DNA from: a candidate division FCPU426 bacterium
Lineage (GTDB): Bacteria; Oederibacteriota; Muellerivitia; Muellerivitales; Muellerivitaceae
Direction: 5' to 3'
Length of the DNA stretch: 64,000 nucleotides
Assembly: GCA_963796105.1 (NCBI GenBank)
Contig: CAWCKJ010000002.1
Span: 64,001 to 128,000 of the forward strand
Positions within the stretch are counted from its first letter, which is position 1; every line of letters starts with the position of its first letter. Below, in pieces: positions 11,485 to 22,112 of the stretch. The translations under genes and the position numbers were made by a program. A model generated the notes under the pieces. That model saw only the letters and a program-made list of their open reading frames with translations, had not been told where the DNA came from and searched no databases.

Positions 11485-12270
11485 ATGAAAGACAAGTTTC
11501 CGGATATAAAGGCCGATGAAATCCATATCCACCTTCTCTGGACAGAGCCAATAGGATTCCTGAATAACATGATTGAATTCCTGCCCCTTTTGCCCCCAGA
11601 CGAACAAGAAAAATACAAGCATTTCGGATCGGAAAGGCGGCGGCGGGAGTTCTTATCGTCCCGTTTACTGGTGCGCCATCTCCTAGCTGGATATTTGAAC
11701 AAGCCAATGGAAAGTATGGAATTCGGCTACTTGGAGCGGGGAAAACCCTTTGTTGAAGGCGCGGAATTACATTTCAATCTTTCTCATACTGACGGCCTCA
11801 TCGCTTGTTCTTTTGGCTGGGATGAGGTTGGGATTGATGTGGAAAAAGCGGATACCCAAGCACGGCCGAATTGGCGCCTCCTGGCAAAGAGATATTTTTT
11901 ATTGGAAGAACAAAATTTCCTGAATGGGCTATCGGAGGTGGATCAACCCATAACTTTTTTCAGGATATTCACCGCGAAGGAGGCTTTAGGTAAGGCCACG
12001 GGGCGGGGTATCAACTTCCAATTAAATGATTGTAATGTTCCTTTACCGCCCGTGGAACGCGCCCGGATGGGCCAGTGGGAATTTTTCTCAAAAACAATCA
12101 ACCGGGATGTTTATTGCATGGCGCAAGTTACTAACAATCCGACAAGCGTTCCGCTGAGATATCAAATTCGGTACTGGGGTGAGGAAAGTTTAATGGATTT
12201 CCTTCAACAGGATTTTTTCGAACGTCCTGGAAATCAAACCGCGGGCTTGCAAAGGGGGATATCCATATGA
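11485..12270 (+). CDS. Sfp-type 4'-phosphopantetheinyl transferase
   Basis: GKP, FNLSHT, VGIDVE, FTAKEA motifs; likely start MKDKF. Confidence 0.9.
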   Translation: MKDKFPDIKADEIHIHLLWTEPIGFLNNMIEFLPLLPPDEQEKYKHFGSERRRREFLSSRLLVRHLLAGYLNKPMESMEFGYLERGKPFVEGAELHFNLSHTDGLIACSFGWDEVGIDVEKADTQARPNWRLLAKRYFLLEEQNFLNGLSEVDQPITFFRIFTAKEALGKATGRGINFQLNDCNVPLPPVERARMGQWEFFSKTINRDVYCMAQVTNNPTSVPLRYQIRYWGEESLMDFLQQDFFERPGNQTAGLQRGISI

Positions 12271-13031
12271 AGACGAGTGGGAACACAGTTTTGATTACCG
12301 GGGGAGGGTCGGGGATTGGTTTGGCCTTGGCGAAGGAATTTTTAACCCGCGGGAATACGGTTGTGGTTTGCGACCATAAGGCACAGAGGCTTCGAGAGGC
12401 CAAAAAGGCAAATCCTGAGCTCCAAACAATTCTTTGCGATGTCAGAAGCCCAGCGCAACGCAAAAGGCTGATTGCCGCCGTGATAAAAAAGTTTTCAAAG
12501 CTTAATGTGCTTGTCAATAACGCGGCGGTGTCCATGTGGCATGATTTTGTTGTCCCGGAAAAGGATCAAAGCGTTCGGATTCAACAACAAATCGAGACTA
12601 ACATTTTGGCTCCTATCGAATTGACCAGGCTATTCCTCCCACACATTCTCAAGCAGGATTATTCCGCATTGGTATATATCACTTCAGGCCAGGCCTATGT
12701 TCCGCTTTCAAAAAAGGCCGTTTATGCGGCCACGAAGGCGGCCATTCATTCTTTTTCGCAATCGATCAGGTACCAGCTCAAGGACCGCCCGGTTTTAGTG
12801 ATGGAGGCCTTGCCCTCTTGGGTGGACACGGACATGATCAGGGACCTGGCCATAAAAAAGATGTCCCCTGAAAAGGTCGCCGGGGAAATATTGGCGGGGT
12901 TGGAGGAAAACACGCAAGAGCTCCGGATTGGCTTATCGGGCCTTTTATTTCACCTCAGCCGTTTGATGCCGCGCATGATGTGGAAGAAATTCAACGATTA
13001 CGCGCCAACGCCAAAAATGGATAAATTTTAA
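12267..13031 (+). CDS. Short-chain dehydrogenase/reductase (DltE-like)
   Basis: GNTVLITGGGSGIG, NNAA, YAATK. Confidence 0.88.
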   Translation: MKTSGNTVLITGGGSGIGLALAKEFLTRGNTVVVCDHKAQRLREAKKANPELQTILCDVRSPAQRKRLIAAVIKKFSKLNVLVNNAAVSMWHDFVVPEKDQSVRIQQQIETNILAPIELTRLFLPHILKQDYSALVYITSGQAYVPLSKKAVYAATKAAIHSFSQSIRYQLKDRPVLVMEALPSWVDTDMIRDLAIKKMSPEKVAGEILAGLEENTQELRIGLSGLLFHLSRLMPRMMWKKFNDYAPTPKMDKF

Positions 13032-13056
13032 CCACTACGCACGGAAAAAAAGGCCC

Positions 13057-14598
13057 ATGGAAAAGACCCGACAATTCGACGCGATCGTCATCGGCTCAGG
13101 CATGGGCGGTTTAGCGGCCGCTTCCCTATTGGCCCAGATGAAGCGATACCGGGTTCTTGTTTTGGAAAGACATTTCAAGTTGGGGGGATTCATCCAGTCC
13201 TTTCAACGGCCAGGCGGTTACCATTGGGATGTGGGACTCCATTATGTGGGTGAGTTGGAGTCGAGAAGCCCCTACCGCCAGGCTATGGATTACATCACGG
13301 CAGGCCGGTTGAAATGGGTCAAAATGAAGGACCCTTTTGATGTGTTCCTCTATCCCGACTTGAGATTTGAGGTTTCCTCCGACCGCGCTGATTACCTGCG
13401 GAAACTCCAGGACCTTTTTCCTCAGGAGTCCGGACCCCTCCAGGATTATTTCTTGGATATCATCCGGGTCCGTGAAATCCTGATTGGGCGGTGGCTTCCA
13501 TCCGCTCAAATGCTGAAACGCGAGGAAGCCTACCGCCAAAATTATGATTTGATCCGGCAAACCCTCCAAACCTACCTCGATTCCCATTTCAGGGACAGCC
13601 GGCTCAAGGGTCTTTTGGCTTCGCAATGGGGTAATTACGGTCTGCCCCCGAAATTGGCTAGTTTCGGGACCCATGCCGCCACGGTTCGTCATTATTTGGA
13701 CGGGGGATATTATCCTTCCGGCTCCTCTTCCGCATTGGTGGACGTTCTCGCGGAAATTGTGAGGGAGGCGGGAGGCGAGCTTAAGACACGGCACCGGGTG
13801 GTCCGCATCCTAGTCGAGGACCGGAAAGCCAGGGGAGTGGAGGTGGAGACTTTGGGCGGACGGGTCAGGTTCGATGCCCCGGAAATATACTCGGACGCGG
13901 GCGCGGAGGCGACCTACAATGGGCTTCTTTCGGAAGAAACGCACGCTCCCGAGATCCTTAAGGAACTTTCCAATTCGCCGGTCCATGGGGTCGTTGTCCT
14001 GTACCTCGGCTTGAAATCCACCTGCGGATCTTTAGGCGTTCACGGGCAGAATTTTTGGATCTACGAACATTATGATCATGACGCGATGTGGGAAAATAGA
14101 AATTCCCTCGCGGGGGGGAAAGCCTCTTATTGCTTCCTTTCATTTCCCGGAATCAAGGACCCGGGCGCTAAAGCGCCCACGGCGGAAATTATCGCGGACC
14201 TTGACTACGATGTCTTCCAAACCTGGCGAGACAAGGAGTGGATGAGACGCGGGAGGGATTATTCAGCCTTGAAGACGAAGATCACCGAAACATTATTAAA
14301 TTTTGTAGAATCGAGGTTGCCGGGTTTCCGTAAGGAAGTGGCCTACGCCGAGCTGTCCACGCCCCTTACCGTCAAGCATTTCACTGGTTACCGCGGCGGG
14401 AACATTTACGGATTTCCCGGTGTTTCCAGCCGGTATGAAATGGAATGCTTTAAACCCAATACTCCCATTGAGGGCTTGAAACTCGTCGGCGTGGACGCGG
14501 GATCCTCCGGCATTTCCGGGGCGATGTTTGGCGGCCTTTTAGGCGTCGCGGCCCAGCATGGAAACGCCATTTTTCACGGACTGGCAAAAGGGAATTGA
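13057..14598 (+). CDS. FAD-dependent oxidoreductase, phytoene desaturase / retinol saturase family
   Basis: DAIVIGSGMGGL, VLERH, DVGLHYVG, ELSTPLT. Confidence 0.85.
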   Translation: MEKTRQFDAIVIGSGMGGLAAASLLAQMKRYRVLVLERHFKLGGFIQSFQRPGGYHWDVGLHYVGELESRSPYRQAMDYITAGRLKWVKMKDPFDVFLYPDLRFEVSSDRADYLRKLQDLFPQESGPLQDYFLDIIRVREILIGRWLPSAQMLKREEAYRQNYDLIRQTLQTYLDSHFRDSRLKGLLASQWGNYGLPPKLASFGTHAATVRHYLDGGYYPSGSSSALVDVLAEIVREAGGELKTRHRVVRILVEDRKARGVEVETLGGRVRFDAPEIYSDAGAEATYNGLLSEETHAPEILKELSNSPVHGVVVLYLGLKSTCGSLGVHGQNFWIYEHYDHDAMWENRNSLAGGKASYCFLSFPGIKDPGAKAPTAEIIADLDYDVFQTWRDKEWMRRGRDYSALKTKITETLLNFVESRLPGFRKEVAYAELSTPLTVKHFTGYRGGNIYGFPGVSSRYEMECFKPNTPIEGLKLVGVDAGSSGISGAMFGGLLGVAAQHGNAIFHGLAKGN

Positions 14599-14645
14599 AG
14601 GAAAAACAAGCTTCATCGCGCATGAAAATTTAATCAGGGAATCGA

Positions 14646-16064
14646 GTGGCCATGGCCGTGTCAACGAGTAAGGACATGTTTATTGTTTGCCGGAACAGCC
14701 AGGGAACGGAGTTCCGCGCCACGCTGCTGCGGCTGATGCAGTACACGGTCGTTTTCGAGGTCTACAATCCCTATAGCATCATTCAATTGGGGGAGGTCCT
14801 GACCAATTTCAAAATGGTCCTGAATGACCGCGTGGTTTATTCCGGAAAGGCCGTGGTCAGCAATTTGGTGAATACGGGAATCCTTCTGGTTTGCGAATGC
14901 ACCTTGGAAGAGAGCTGGTTGGACGTGAACGCATTCGCCTCCATACACAAGGAGGAAAGGCTCCAGGAGGAGTTCCAGGGATTTTTGAGGGATTGGGAGA
15001 AATTCCACCAAATCGACGATAAGCTCAAGGTGGCGGTGGCTGATTTGCAGACCTTCCTATTGGATGTCAGGCGTTGGCTGGAACAAGTGGAATTGGGCAT
15101 TCGTTCCGACCCCGCCAGGGAGCGAAGCCGGATGGAAATGGATGTTATCCTGAAATTGAGGGGTTCCATGTCCCCCGCCATTGACAAGCTTTTCCAGCGT
15201 TTCGAGAAAACGGCCGCCAGTATTCCCGAGGAATTCCGGGCCATCCATTGGTCCTACAGCAAGCAGCAGCTTCATCCCCTCATGCTATGCTCGCCATTTG
15301 TCTACCGGGTTTACCATAAACCTCTGGGTTACGCGGGTGATTACGAAATGATTAACATGATGTTGAGGGACCCTTACGAGGGCGCGTCTCTTTTCGCCAA
15401 GATATTGAACATTCACTTTCTGGACACGTCGCCTTGCCGGGCGCACCGGAACCGCATCAAGACTTTGACGCGGAATCTCAGGCGGGAGGCGGGGCGTGTA
15501 TTGAGGGAAAAAGGGGAGTTTCGGATCATCAATATGGGATGTGGGCCCGCCAAGGAAATCCAGGACTTTATCGTCGAAGAGGAACTGAGCGACCGCTCGA
15601 GTTTTGTCCTGATGGATTTTAACGATGAGACGTTGGAATATGCCGAAAAAACCTTGGAGGATGTAAAAAGGAAGCACCACCGTAGGGCTCGGATCCAAAT
15701 GGTCAAAAAATCGGTCCACCAAATCCTGAAGGAATCCTTCAAGGCTCCCGGCCCCCAAGAAATGAATTACGATTTCATCTATTGCGCCGGGTTGTTTGAT
15801 TATCTGGAGGACAGGATCTGCAAAAGATTGATGGAATATTTTTACGGCCTGTTGTCACCTGGTGGATTATTGCTTGCCACCAACGTGACCCCCAATAGTC
15901 CCATCCGGAATATCCTGGAAAGCCTGCTGGAGTGGCCGATGGTTTACCGGAACGCTGAACAAATGTCGGCCCTCATCCCCGACTTGGCGGGGAAAGGCTC
16001 CTTTAAAGTTTATACTGAGGAAACCGGTGTCAATATTTTCGCGGAAGTGAGGAAAGCCGGATGA
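14646..16064 (+). CDS. PhcB-like class I SAM methyltransferase (candidate acyl methyl ester signal synthase)
   Basis: 472 aa; KPLGYAGDYEM, AHRNRI, NMGCGPAKE, DFIYCAGLFDYL; directly followed by kinase and receiver-kinase. Confidence 0.75.
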   Translation: MAMAVSTSKDMFIVCRNSQGTEFRATLLRLMQYTVVFEVYNPYSIIQLGEVLTNFKMVLNDRVVYSGKAVVSNLVNTGILLVCECTLEESWLDVNAFASIHKEERLQEEFQGFLRDWEKFHQIDDKLKVAVADLQTFLLDVRRWLEQVELGIRSDPARERSRMEMDVILKLRGSMSPAIDKLFQRFEKTAASIPEEFRAIHWSYSKQQLHPLMLCSPFVYRVYHKPLGYAGDYEMINMMLRDPYEGASLFAKILNIHFLDTSPCRAHRNRIKTLTRNLRREAGRVLREKGEFRIINMGCGPAKEIQDFIVEEELSDRSSFVLMDFNDETLEYAEKTLEDVKRKHHRRARIQMVKKSVHQILKESFKAPGPQEMNYDFIYCAGLFDYLEDRICKRLMEYFYGLLSPGGLLLATNVTPNSPIRNILESLLEWPMVYRNAEQMSALIPDLAGKGSFKVYTEETGVNIFAEVRKAG

Positions 16065-18700
16065 ACAGGGATCTGCTCACCCAACCAGCAATGAAGAAGT
16101 TGTTCGCCGAGTATAACAGCCGCGAATGGGTGCGTTTGTTTAAGGTGGCATGTTGGGTTTGCGCTATCGCCATGCCTTCCGCGGTTTTCCTGGACATGAT
16201 CGACTATCCAAACTATGTCGCTTATTTCCTTGAGCTTCGGTTGGTTTGCGTGGCGCTAGCGATGGTTCTTTTGGGGGTGGTTTATACCCCCTGGGGGCCG
16301 CGCCACCAGTACATCTTAACCCTGTTCCTGGCCATCATCCCCCAGGGTTTCGTCTGTTGGATGATCTACATTACCGATGGCGCTGTTTCACCTTATTACC
16401 AAATCCTGAACCTGCCATTACTCATTTACTGCCTATTGTTCCCCTGGACCTACCTGGCAACCTTCAGTCTTTCCATCATCACCATGGTTTTTTACCTTAC
16501 CGCGTGTTTCGCGCATGGTGGGGCATCGGGAAGCGGGTTATTCCTCAGCAACATCATCTTTCTTCTTTACACGGTTTCTTTCGCGGTGATCGGGAGCTAT
16601 TTCACCAATGGCCTCCGCGCCAGGGAATTCATTTCCCAGTTCGAGCTGGACCAGAGCCGGAAACAGCTCGAGGAATCCAACCAAAAACTCGTCGAAATGG
16701 ACTTGGCTAAAAACCGGTTTTTCGCCAACATCAGCCACGAGTTGAGGACGCCCCTGACCCTGCTCCTTTCCCCGCTGGAATCGATCCAGAAGATGAAATC
16801 CCACCTGTTGGATGAGGAAACGAAGGGCGTCCTGAGCCTCATGCATAACAACGCCATGAGGCTGTTGAAGCTCATCAATGATTTGCTGGACCTGGTCAAG
16901 CTGGAGTCCGGCCGCACGGAAGTGAGCAAGGGCCCCCTCAAGGTGGAGGAGTTCATCAAGGGGCTGGCCCTATCCGTCCAACCGGCGGCTAAGGAAAAAA
17001 GGATCGCTCTTTCAACCACGGTGGGTGTCGCTTTGGGGACGATCCTGGCGGATCAGGACAAGCTGGAAAAGATCACCTTGAACCTGCTTTTTAATTCCTT
17101 GAAATTCACCCAGGCGGGGGGGCTGATCGAGCTTTCCGCGAATGCCGAGGGCCCATTCCTAGTGTTGAAAGTGAAGGACACGGGCATGGGAATCTCGGAA
17201 CTGGACCTGCCGCGCATATTCGACCGGTTTTGGCAGGCCGATACCTCCTCCCAACGCAAGTACCAGGGCACGGGCATCGGCTTAGCGCTGGTGAAGGAGC
17301 TCGCCGAGGCCATGGGCGGATCCATTTCAGCCGAAAGCCAGATGCATAAGGGCACGGCCATCTCCGTCAAGATTCCCCTCGAACGGCCTAAAGAAGAAGC
17401 GGCCAGCCTGCCGGATGTTTCTTCCGGGGCCGCCCCAGCCGGGGAAAAGGCTGAGTCCCCGGAATGGCTCTCCAGCCTCTACCGCAGGGCGGAGCTTTTC
17501 CCGGCCATCACCCCAGTCTCGGAAACCATCCGCCGGGACGATTTCAGCTCCGGCAAACCCAAGGTCCTGGTGGCCGACGACGAGCCGGATATGCTGCGCT
17601 ACCTGAGATCCCAATTGGAGGGGAATTTCACGGTCTTGGAGGCCGTGGATGGGAACCAGGCCGTGGAAAAAACGAGGCAGTTTCTTCCCGACCTCGTGCT
17701 CTTGGACATGATGATGCCGGAGAAAGACGGGGTGCAGGCCTGCCGCGAGATCAAATCCTCGGTCTCCACCCAATCCATTCCCGTGATCCTCCTGACCGCG
17801 CGGGCCGACGAGGAGACCCGCATCGCGTCCCTCAACGTGGGCGCGAACGACTTCCTGACCAAGCCTTTTTCCGCGACGGAATTGCACATTCGGGTCCGCA
17901 ACCTGGTCCAATCCCACGGGTATCAAAAAGATTTGGCCCTTGAAAAAAGTGCACTGGAAACGACACTCGAGCAGTTGAAGGAGACGGAGGGACAATTGGT
18001 ACAAAACGAGAAAATGGCTTCCCTCGGCCGCCTGAGTGCCGGTATCATCCATGAGATCAACAATCCCCTGAACTATTCCGTGGCGGCCCTGAGGCTCCTG
18101 CGGCCGCGGGAGGCGCAGCTTCCGGAAGAGGAGCGGGCCAAGTTCAAGGAGACCCTGGCCGACATCGAGGAGGGACTGGGTCGGGTCGCGGGAATCGTCT
18201 CGGATTTGCGGGCCTTCAGCCACCCGAAATCAGGCGGGATGGACCTGATCGACCTGGAGGATGTCGTCTCATTCTCCCTGCGCTTCCTGAACCATGAGCT
18301 GGCGGACAAGGTGAGGGTCGAGGTGGAGGTGCCGGGGGATCAGAAGGTGCTGGCGGACAAGAACAAACTGACCCAGGTTCTCATCAACCTGATCCAGAAT
18401 TCCCTCGACGCCTTCAAACGGAAGGATTTCCAGGGCGAGAAGCCGGTGATCTCGGTCAAAAGCCGGCAGGTGGATGGAAAGGTCCTGGTGGAATTCCGGG
18501 ACAACGGATCGGGAATTGGGGAGAAGGACTTGGACAAGATTTTCGACCCCTTTTACACCACGAAGGACGTGGGGGAGGGGATGGGGCTGGGCTTGAGCAT
18601 TTGCTACAAGGCGATGATGGACCAGGGCGGGAAAATCTCGGCGGCGAGCGAGAGGGGGAAATTCACACTTTTCACCCTGGAACTTCCCTCGGGGACTTAA
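16061..18700 (+). CDS. Membrane hybrid sensor kinase with two kinase modules (TM-HisKA-HATPase-REC-HisKA-HATPase)
   Basis: About 6 hydrophobic segments; SHELRTP, GTGIGL; VADDE/LLDMMMP; HEINNP, GMGLGL. Confidence 0.9.
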   Translation: MNRDLLTQPAMKKLFAEYNSREWVRLFKVACWVCAIAMPSAVFLDMIDYPNYVAYFLELRLVCVALAMVLLGVVYTPWGPRHQYILTLFLAIIPQGFVCWMIYITDGAVSPYYQILNLPLLIYCLLFPWTYLATFSLSIITMVFYLTACFAHGGASGSGLFLSNIIFLLYTVSFAVIGSYFTNGLRAREFISQFELDQSRKQLEESNQKLVEMDLAKNRFFANISHELRTPLTLLLSPLESIQKMKSHLLDEETKGVLSLMHNNAMRLLKLINDLLDLVKLESGRTEVSKGPLKVEEFIKGLALSVQPAAKEKRIALSTTVGVALGTILADQDKLEKITLNLLFNSLKFTQAGGLIELSANAEGPFLVLKVKDTGMGISELDLPRIFDRFWQADTSSQRKYQGTGIGLALVKELAEAMGGSISAESQMHKGTAISVKIPLERPKEEAASLPDVSSGAAPAGEKAESPEWLSSLYRRAELFPAITPVSETIRRDDFSSGKPKVLVADDEPDMLRYLRSQLEGNFTVLEAVDGNQAVEKTRQFLPDLVLLDMMMPEKDGVQACREIKSSVSTQSIPVILLTARADEETRIASLNVGANDFLTKPFSATELHIRVRNLVQSHGYQKDLALEKSALETTLEQLKETEGQLVQNEKMASLGRLSAGIIHEINNPLNYSVAALRLLRPREAQLPEEERAKFKETLADIEEGLGRVAGIVSDLRAFSHPKSGGMDLIDLEDVVSFSLRFLNHELADKVRVEVEVPGDQKVLADKNKLTQVLINLIQNSLDAFKRKDFQGEKPVISVKSRQVDGKVLVEFRDNGSGIGEKDLDKIFDPFYTTKDVGEGMGLGLSICYKAMMDQGGKISAASERGKFTLFTLELPSGT

Positions 18701-18728
18701 ACCCGCCCAAAAGAATTCGGAGAGGCTC

Positions 18729-19991
18729 ATGGAAAATTTATACGATTACAAGAAATTTTACGTCCTTTACGTGGACGACGAGCTGAAGTCCCTCAAGTAT
18801 TTCAGGGAGACCTTCGGGGAGAAGTTCGCCATCCTGACCGCCGTCAACGCGGAGGAGGGCTTCCGGATCCTGAAGGAGAACCAGACCACGACCGCGGTGC
18901 TCATGACCGACCAGCGCATGCCGGGGGAGAAGGGCGTCCAGCTTTTGGAGAGGGCCCGGCAGTTGAACCCGCGCGTCCTGCGCATCCTCATCACAGCCTA
19001 CTCGGACCTGGACACGGCCATCGATTCCGTCAACGTGGGGGCCATCTACAAATACGTCACCAAGCCCTGGGACATTCCCCAGTTGGAGGTCACCTTGAAG
19101 AGGGGCATCGAGTTCTTCATCGTCCAATCCGAGAGGGACCAACTTCTCCGCGAGAAAATCTCCACCCTCTACAACGTCATGCTGACCGACCGGATCCTGG
19201 GCCTGGGCCTCCTGGCCACGGGCCTGAGCCACCACATCCGCAATTCCCTGGTGGCGGTCAAGACCTTCCTGGACCTGGCCCCCGTGAAATTGAAGGAGGA
19301 AAACCTGGACCTGGACCAGATGAGGAACGCGGATTTCTGGAAGGAATACTACAAGAAAGTCCAGGGCCAGATGGACAAGGTGGCCGGGCTGTTGAACGAC
19401 CTATGGGAGTCCTCAGAGCGCCCGTACATCGAGTTTCCCGACCAGATGAGGGCGGGCCAGGCGCTGGGGGAGGCCCTCGCGAAGGCCGGGCCTGATTTGG
19501 AAAAGAAGGGGATTGCCGTGGAGAACCGGATACCCGCGGACCTCCCCGACCTGAGGGTGGACAAGAAAAAATTCCTGCGGTTGTTCGAGCTACTTCTCCG
19601 GGAGGAGGCCTCCGCCCTGCCTTCTGGGAGCCGGGTGGGTTTCACCGGCCGGGTGGCCGGGCCCAAGGGCGGGCCGGAGGAAATCCAGATCGAGATGGAG
19701 GACAACGGGCCGGCCTTGAGCGAGTCCGCCTCCAGGTCCCTGTTCGATCCCTTTTTCGTGCGAACCGCCAACCCCCAGGAGTTCGGGCTTTACCTCATGA
19801 CCTGCTTTTTCATCGTCTACCATCACGGCGGAAGGATCGCTGCCAGCCGTGATGAGAAGCGCGGAAACATCCTGACGATCACCCTGCCCTTGAACCCGCC
19901 CGTACAGGTTTCCGGCGCCGACCAGCGGGATTTCATCAGCAAGATCCTCATCAACGAGTCCATGTGGGAGCGGCTTCTTTCGGGAATTTGA
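18729..19991 (+). CDS. Receiver domain fused to degenerate histidine-kinase domain (PhcR-like)
   Basis: LYVDDE, TDQRMP, TKPW; SHHIRN H-box; EDNGP, LFDPFF, altered G2 box FGLYL. Confidence 0.8.
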   Translation: MENLYDYKKFYVLYVDDELKSLKYFRETFGEKFAILTAVNAEEGFRILKENQTTTAVLMTDQRMPGEKGVQLLERARQLNPRVLRILITAYSDLDTAIDSVNVGAIYKYVTKPWDIPQLEVTLKRGIEFFIVQSERDQLLREKISTLYNVMLTDRILGLGLLATGLSHHIRNSLVAVKTFLDLAPVKLKEENLDLDQMRNADFWKEYYKKVQGQMDKVAGLLNDLWESSERPYIEFPDQMRAGQALGEALAKAGPDLEKKGIAVENRIPADLPDLRVDKKKFLRLFELLLREEASALPSGSRVGFTGRVAGPKGGPEEIQIEMEDNGPALSESASRSLFDPFFVRTANPQEFGLYLMTCFFIVYHHGGRIAASRDEKRGNILTITLPLNPPVQVSGADQRDFISKILINESMWERLLSGI

Positions 19992-20455
19992 TTGGCGGGA
20001 TCTCAACCGGCTATTGGGTTTTTTAAATATTTTTAGTTATTTTTTTATAATTTGTCGGGCCGGTAAAACTGCTCAATATCTGACCCTTGCTTTCAAGCTC
20101 CTGGATTTTCATTGCCAATATCCTCGGAATAAAATTGCCCGATTCCGGCATCGGTCTGCTGATCGAATTTTTCCGGGTGGATAATTCATGGCAGGCCCCT
20201 TGATTCAGCGGTAAACTATCCCCGTCAATTAATTTTTAACACGCCCTGTGAATTCCTTCACCGGGTTATCATCATCAAAGTTTCCCTCAACGGTTTCCGA
20301 CTCGGGTGAAGCCGCCAACAATAAATATCTCAACCGTCTCTTTTCACTTTTTCAGAAACCGGTATCGGGTCTCCAGGTATTTCTATCTTCAAAAAAGCGG
20401 GTTCGAGCCGTTGGAATGCTTGCGCTTGGATTCGCGGCGTGGAAGGGAGTCGGTC

Positions 20456-20872
20456 ATGGAAAGCTTGTTATTCGTCACGAGGGAAGTTTCCGTCGGGGGT
20501 GAGGCCGTCATCCTAAGGCTGGAGGGGACGCTGGATGTCACCACGGTCGTGCAATTCGAGGCCAAGCTCCAGGAACTCGTTTTGGACCGGAAACTCAAGA
20601 TCATCGTCAACCTGGAGAAGCTATCCTACATTTCCAGCGCCGGCATAGGGGTTCTGGTTTATTTCAACCAGTTCCTGAGGAACAACCGCGGGAGCATCAT
20701 CCTGACCAACGTCAACCGGGAGACCTTCAGGATTTTCGAGTTGCTGGAGCTTCCCGAGCTGTTTCAAATCATGGTCGCGGAGAAGGACGCCTTGAGTGAG
20801 TTCGAGGGGATCAGGAAGGCCCCTTCCCTCAGGCTGAACCCCGTGCGGCTGTTCGAGGAGTCCCATGCTTGA
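20456..20872 (+). CDS. STAS-domain anti-sigma factor antagonist
   Basis: LRLEGTLD, LSYISSAGIGVL; likely start MESLL after GGGAG. Confidence 0.88.
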   Translation: MESLLFVTREVSVGGEAVILRLEGTLDVTTVVQFEAKLQELVLDRKLKIIVNLEKLSYISSAGIGVLVYFNQFLRNNRGSIILTNVNRETFRIFELLELPELFQIMVAEKDALSEFEGIRKAPSLRLNPVRLFEESHA

Positions 20873-21248
20873 GGCCAGGCTTTTTATCGAGAACCGCGCC
20901 TACCCAAGGGTCCTGACGAATATCCAAATCGGGTACCGCGTGATCTTGGAGCAAAAGGAGATGGAGCGAATTTTCCTCAGGAGAAAAAGGGAAACGGCCC
21001 GGACCGGGGACATCAGCCTGGGGGGTCTTTTTATCCTGGTGGAAGACGGATTGGAGGCGGGGCAAATCCTGCGCCTCTATATCACCCTGCCTGAGGGTTC
21101 GAGCGTACTGGCGCCAACCGCCGAGGTGGTCTGGACCAACGGGCAAGGAGGCGGCCTCAGGTTCATCACCCTTCATGAGGAGGAAAAAAACCAGCTCAGG
21201 GAGTACCTTGGGAAGTCTGCCTGTCCACCTGAGCCGACCATTCATTAG
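20865..21248 (+). CDS. PilZ-domain protein
   Basis: RAYPR (RxxxR) and DISLGG (DxSxxG). Confidence 0.85.
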   Translation: MLEARLFIENRAYPRVLTNIQIGYRVILEQKEMERIFLRRKRETARTGDISLGGLFILVEDGLEAGQILRLYITLPEGSSVLAPTAEVVWTNGQGGGLRFITLHEEEKNQLREYLGKSACPPEPTIH

Positions 21249-21413
21249 TCGCCACTCGTTATTGCCAAATATATTCATCCCGCCACCCGCGAACTTTTCC
21301 GGCAAATATGCAAATCCGATAAACCGTTTAACGGTTTTCCATCCTTTTTCGATGACCCGAAGTATTCCCCAGGCGTTATCCTTTCTGTAAATATTTCGTA
21401 TCGCGAGGCCCGT

Positions 21414-21656
21414 ATGGAGCAGAGGGAAATCAAGCAGTGCTTCATCGCCCGGAAAAATGTGTTCATGATCCGCGAGCTGGAAATGGCTATTGACGAGGCT
21501 GGATTCATCCAAAGCAGGGTGAGGAAAAAGTGCAGTGAGGCCGGTCTTTGCGACCAGAACAATATCATGTGCAAATGGGTTTCAATGGATTTTCATTCCG
21601 ACGGAATGGACCAAAGGGGCTCCCCACCACTAGAAGCAAATCCCCAGGACAATTAA
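21414..21656 (+). CDS. Small hypothetical protein
   Basis: 80 aa, GAGG RBS, same strand as upstream genes. Confidence 0.45.
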   Translation: MEQREIKQCFIARKNVFMIRELEMAIDEAGFIQSRVRKKCSEAGLCDQNNIMCKWVSMDFHSDGMDQRGSPPLEANPQDN

Positions 21657-21922
21657 AACAGCCTTTGCGCTCCGTTCAATTTGATCCTATGAAAAAATAT
21701 TCACCTGGTCGCCCATGGTTTCATGTATTCATCATGGGTTTTCATTGCCTTTCAAATTAAACATAAACCAAGGAACAAAGATAAATAAAATCAGAAATAT
21801 AAAATTCTAAAAGGCGTTACGTAAAACCAGGCCCTTTGCCACGGATTCAGGGGATGCACTTGGATAGAACATAGAAAAAAGGCTTTAAGCTTATATTTTT
21901 TAAATCCCACGTATCCCGTGCA

Positions 21923-21997
21923 TGCCGACCTTCCTATAAGTAATAAAAGAGGTCGGTATCGTACCAATCTCCTTTTAAGTTTCATGGAAGATTGGCA
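21923..21997 (-). repeat. ~75-bp double-hairpin unit, flanked by CA/CA
   Basis: TGCCGACC..GGTCGGTA-tcg-TACCAATCT..AGATTGGCA. Confidence 0.9.
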
Positions 21998-22112
21998 CAT
22001 CTGTGGCTAAAGTTTATTTTGGACCGGTGTGATGGGTTTTAATTAATTTGTGATGATTGAGGGTTTTCAAGGAGGGCCAAGATTATAGGGTGACGGGAAA
22101 TGACCCTATTTG

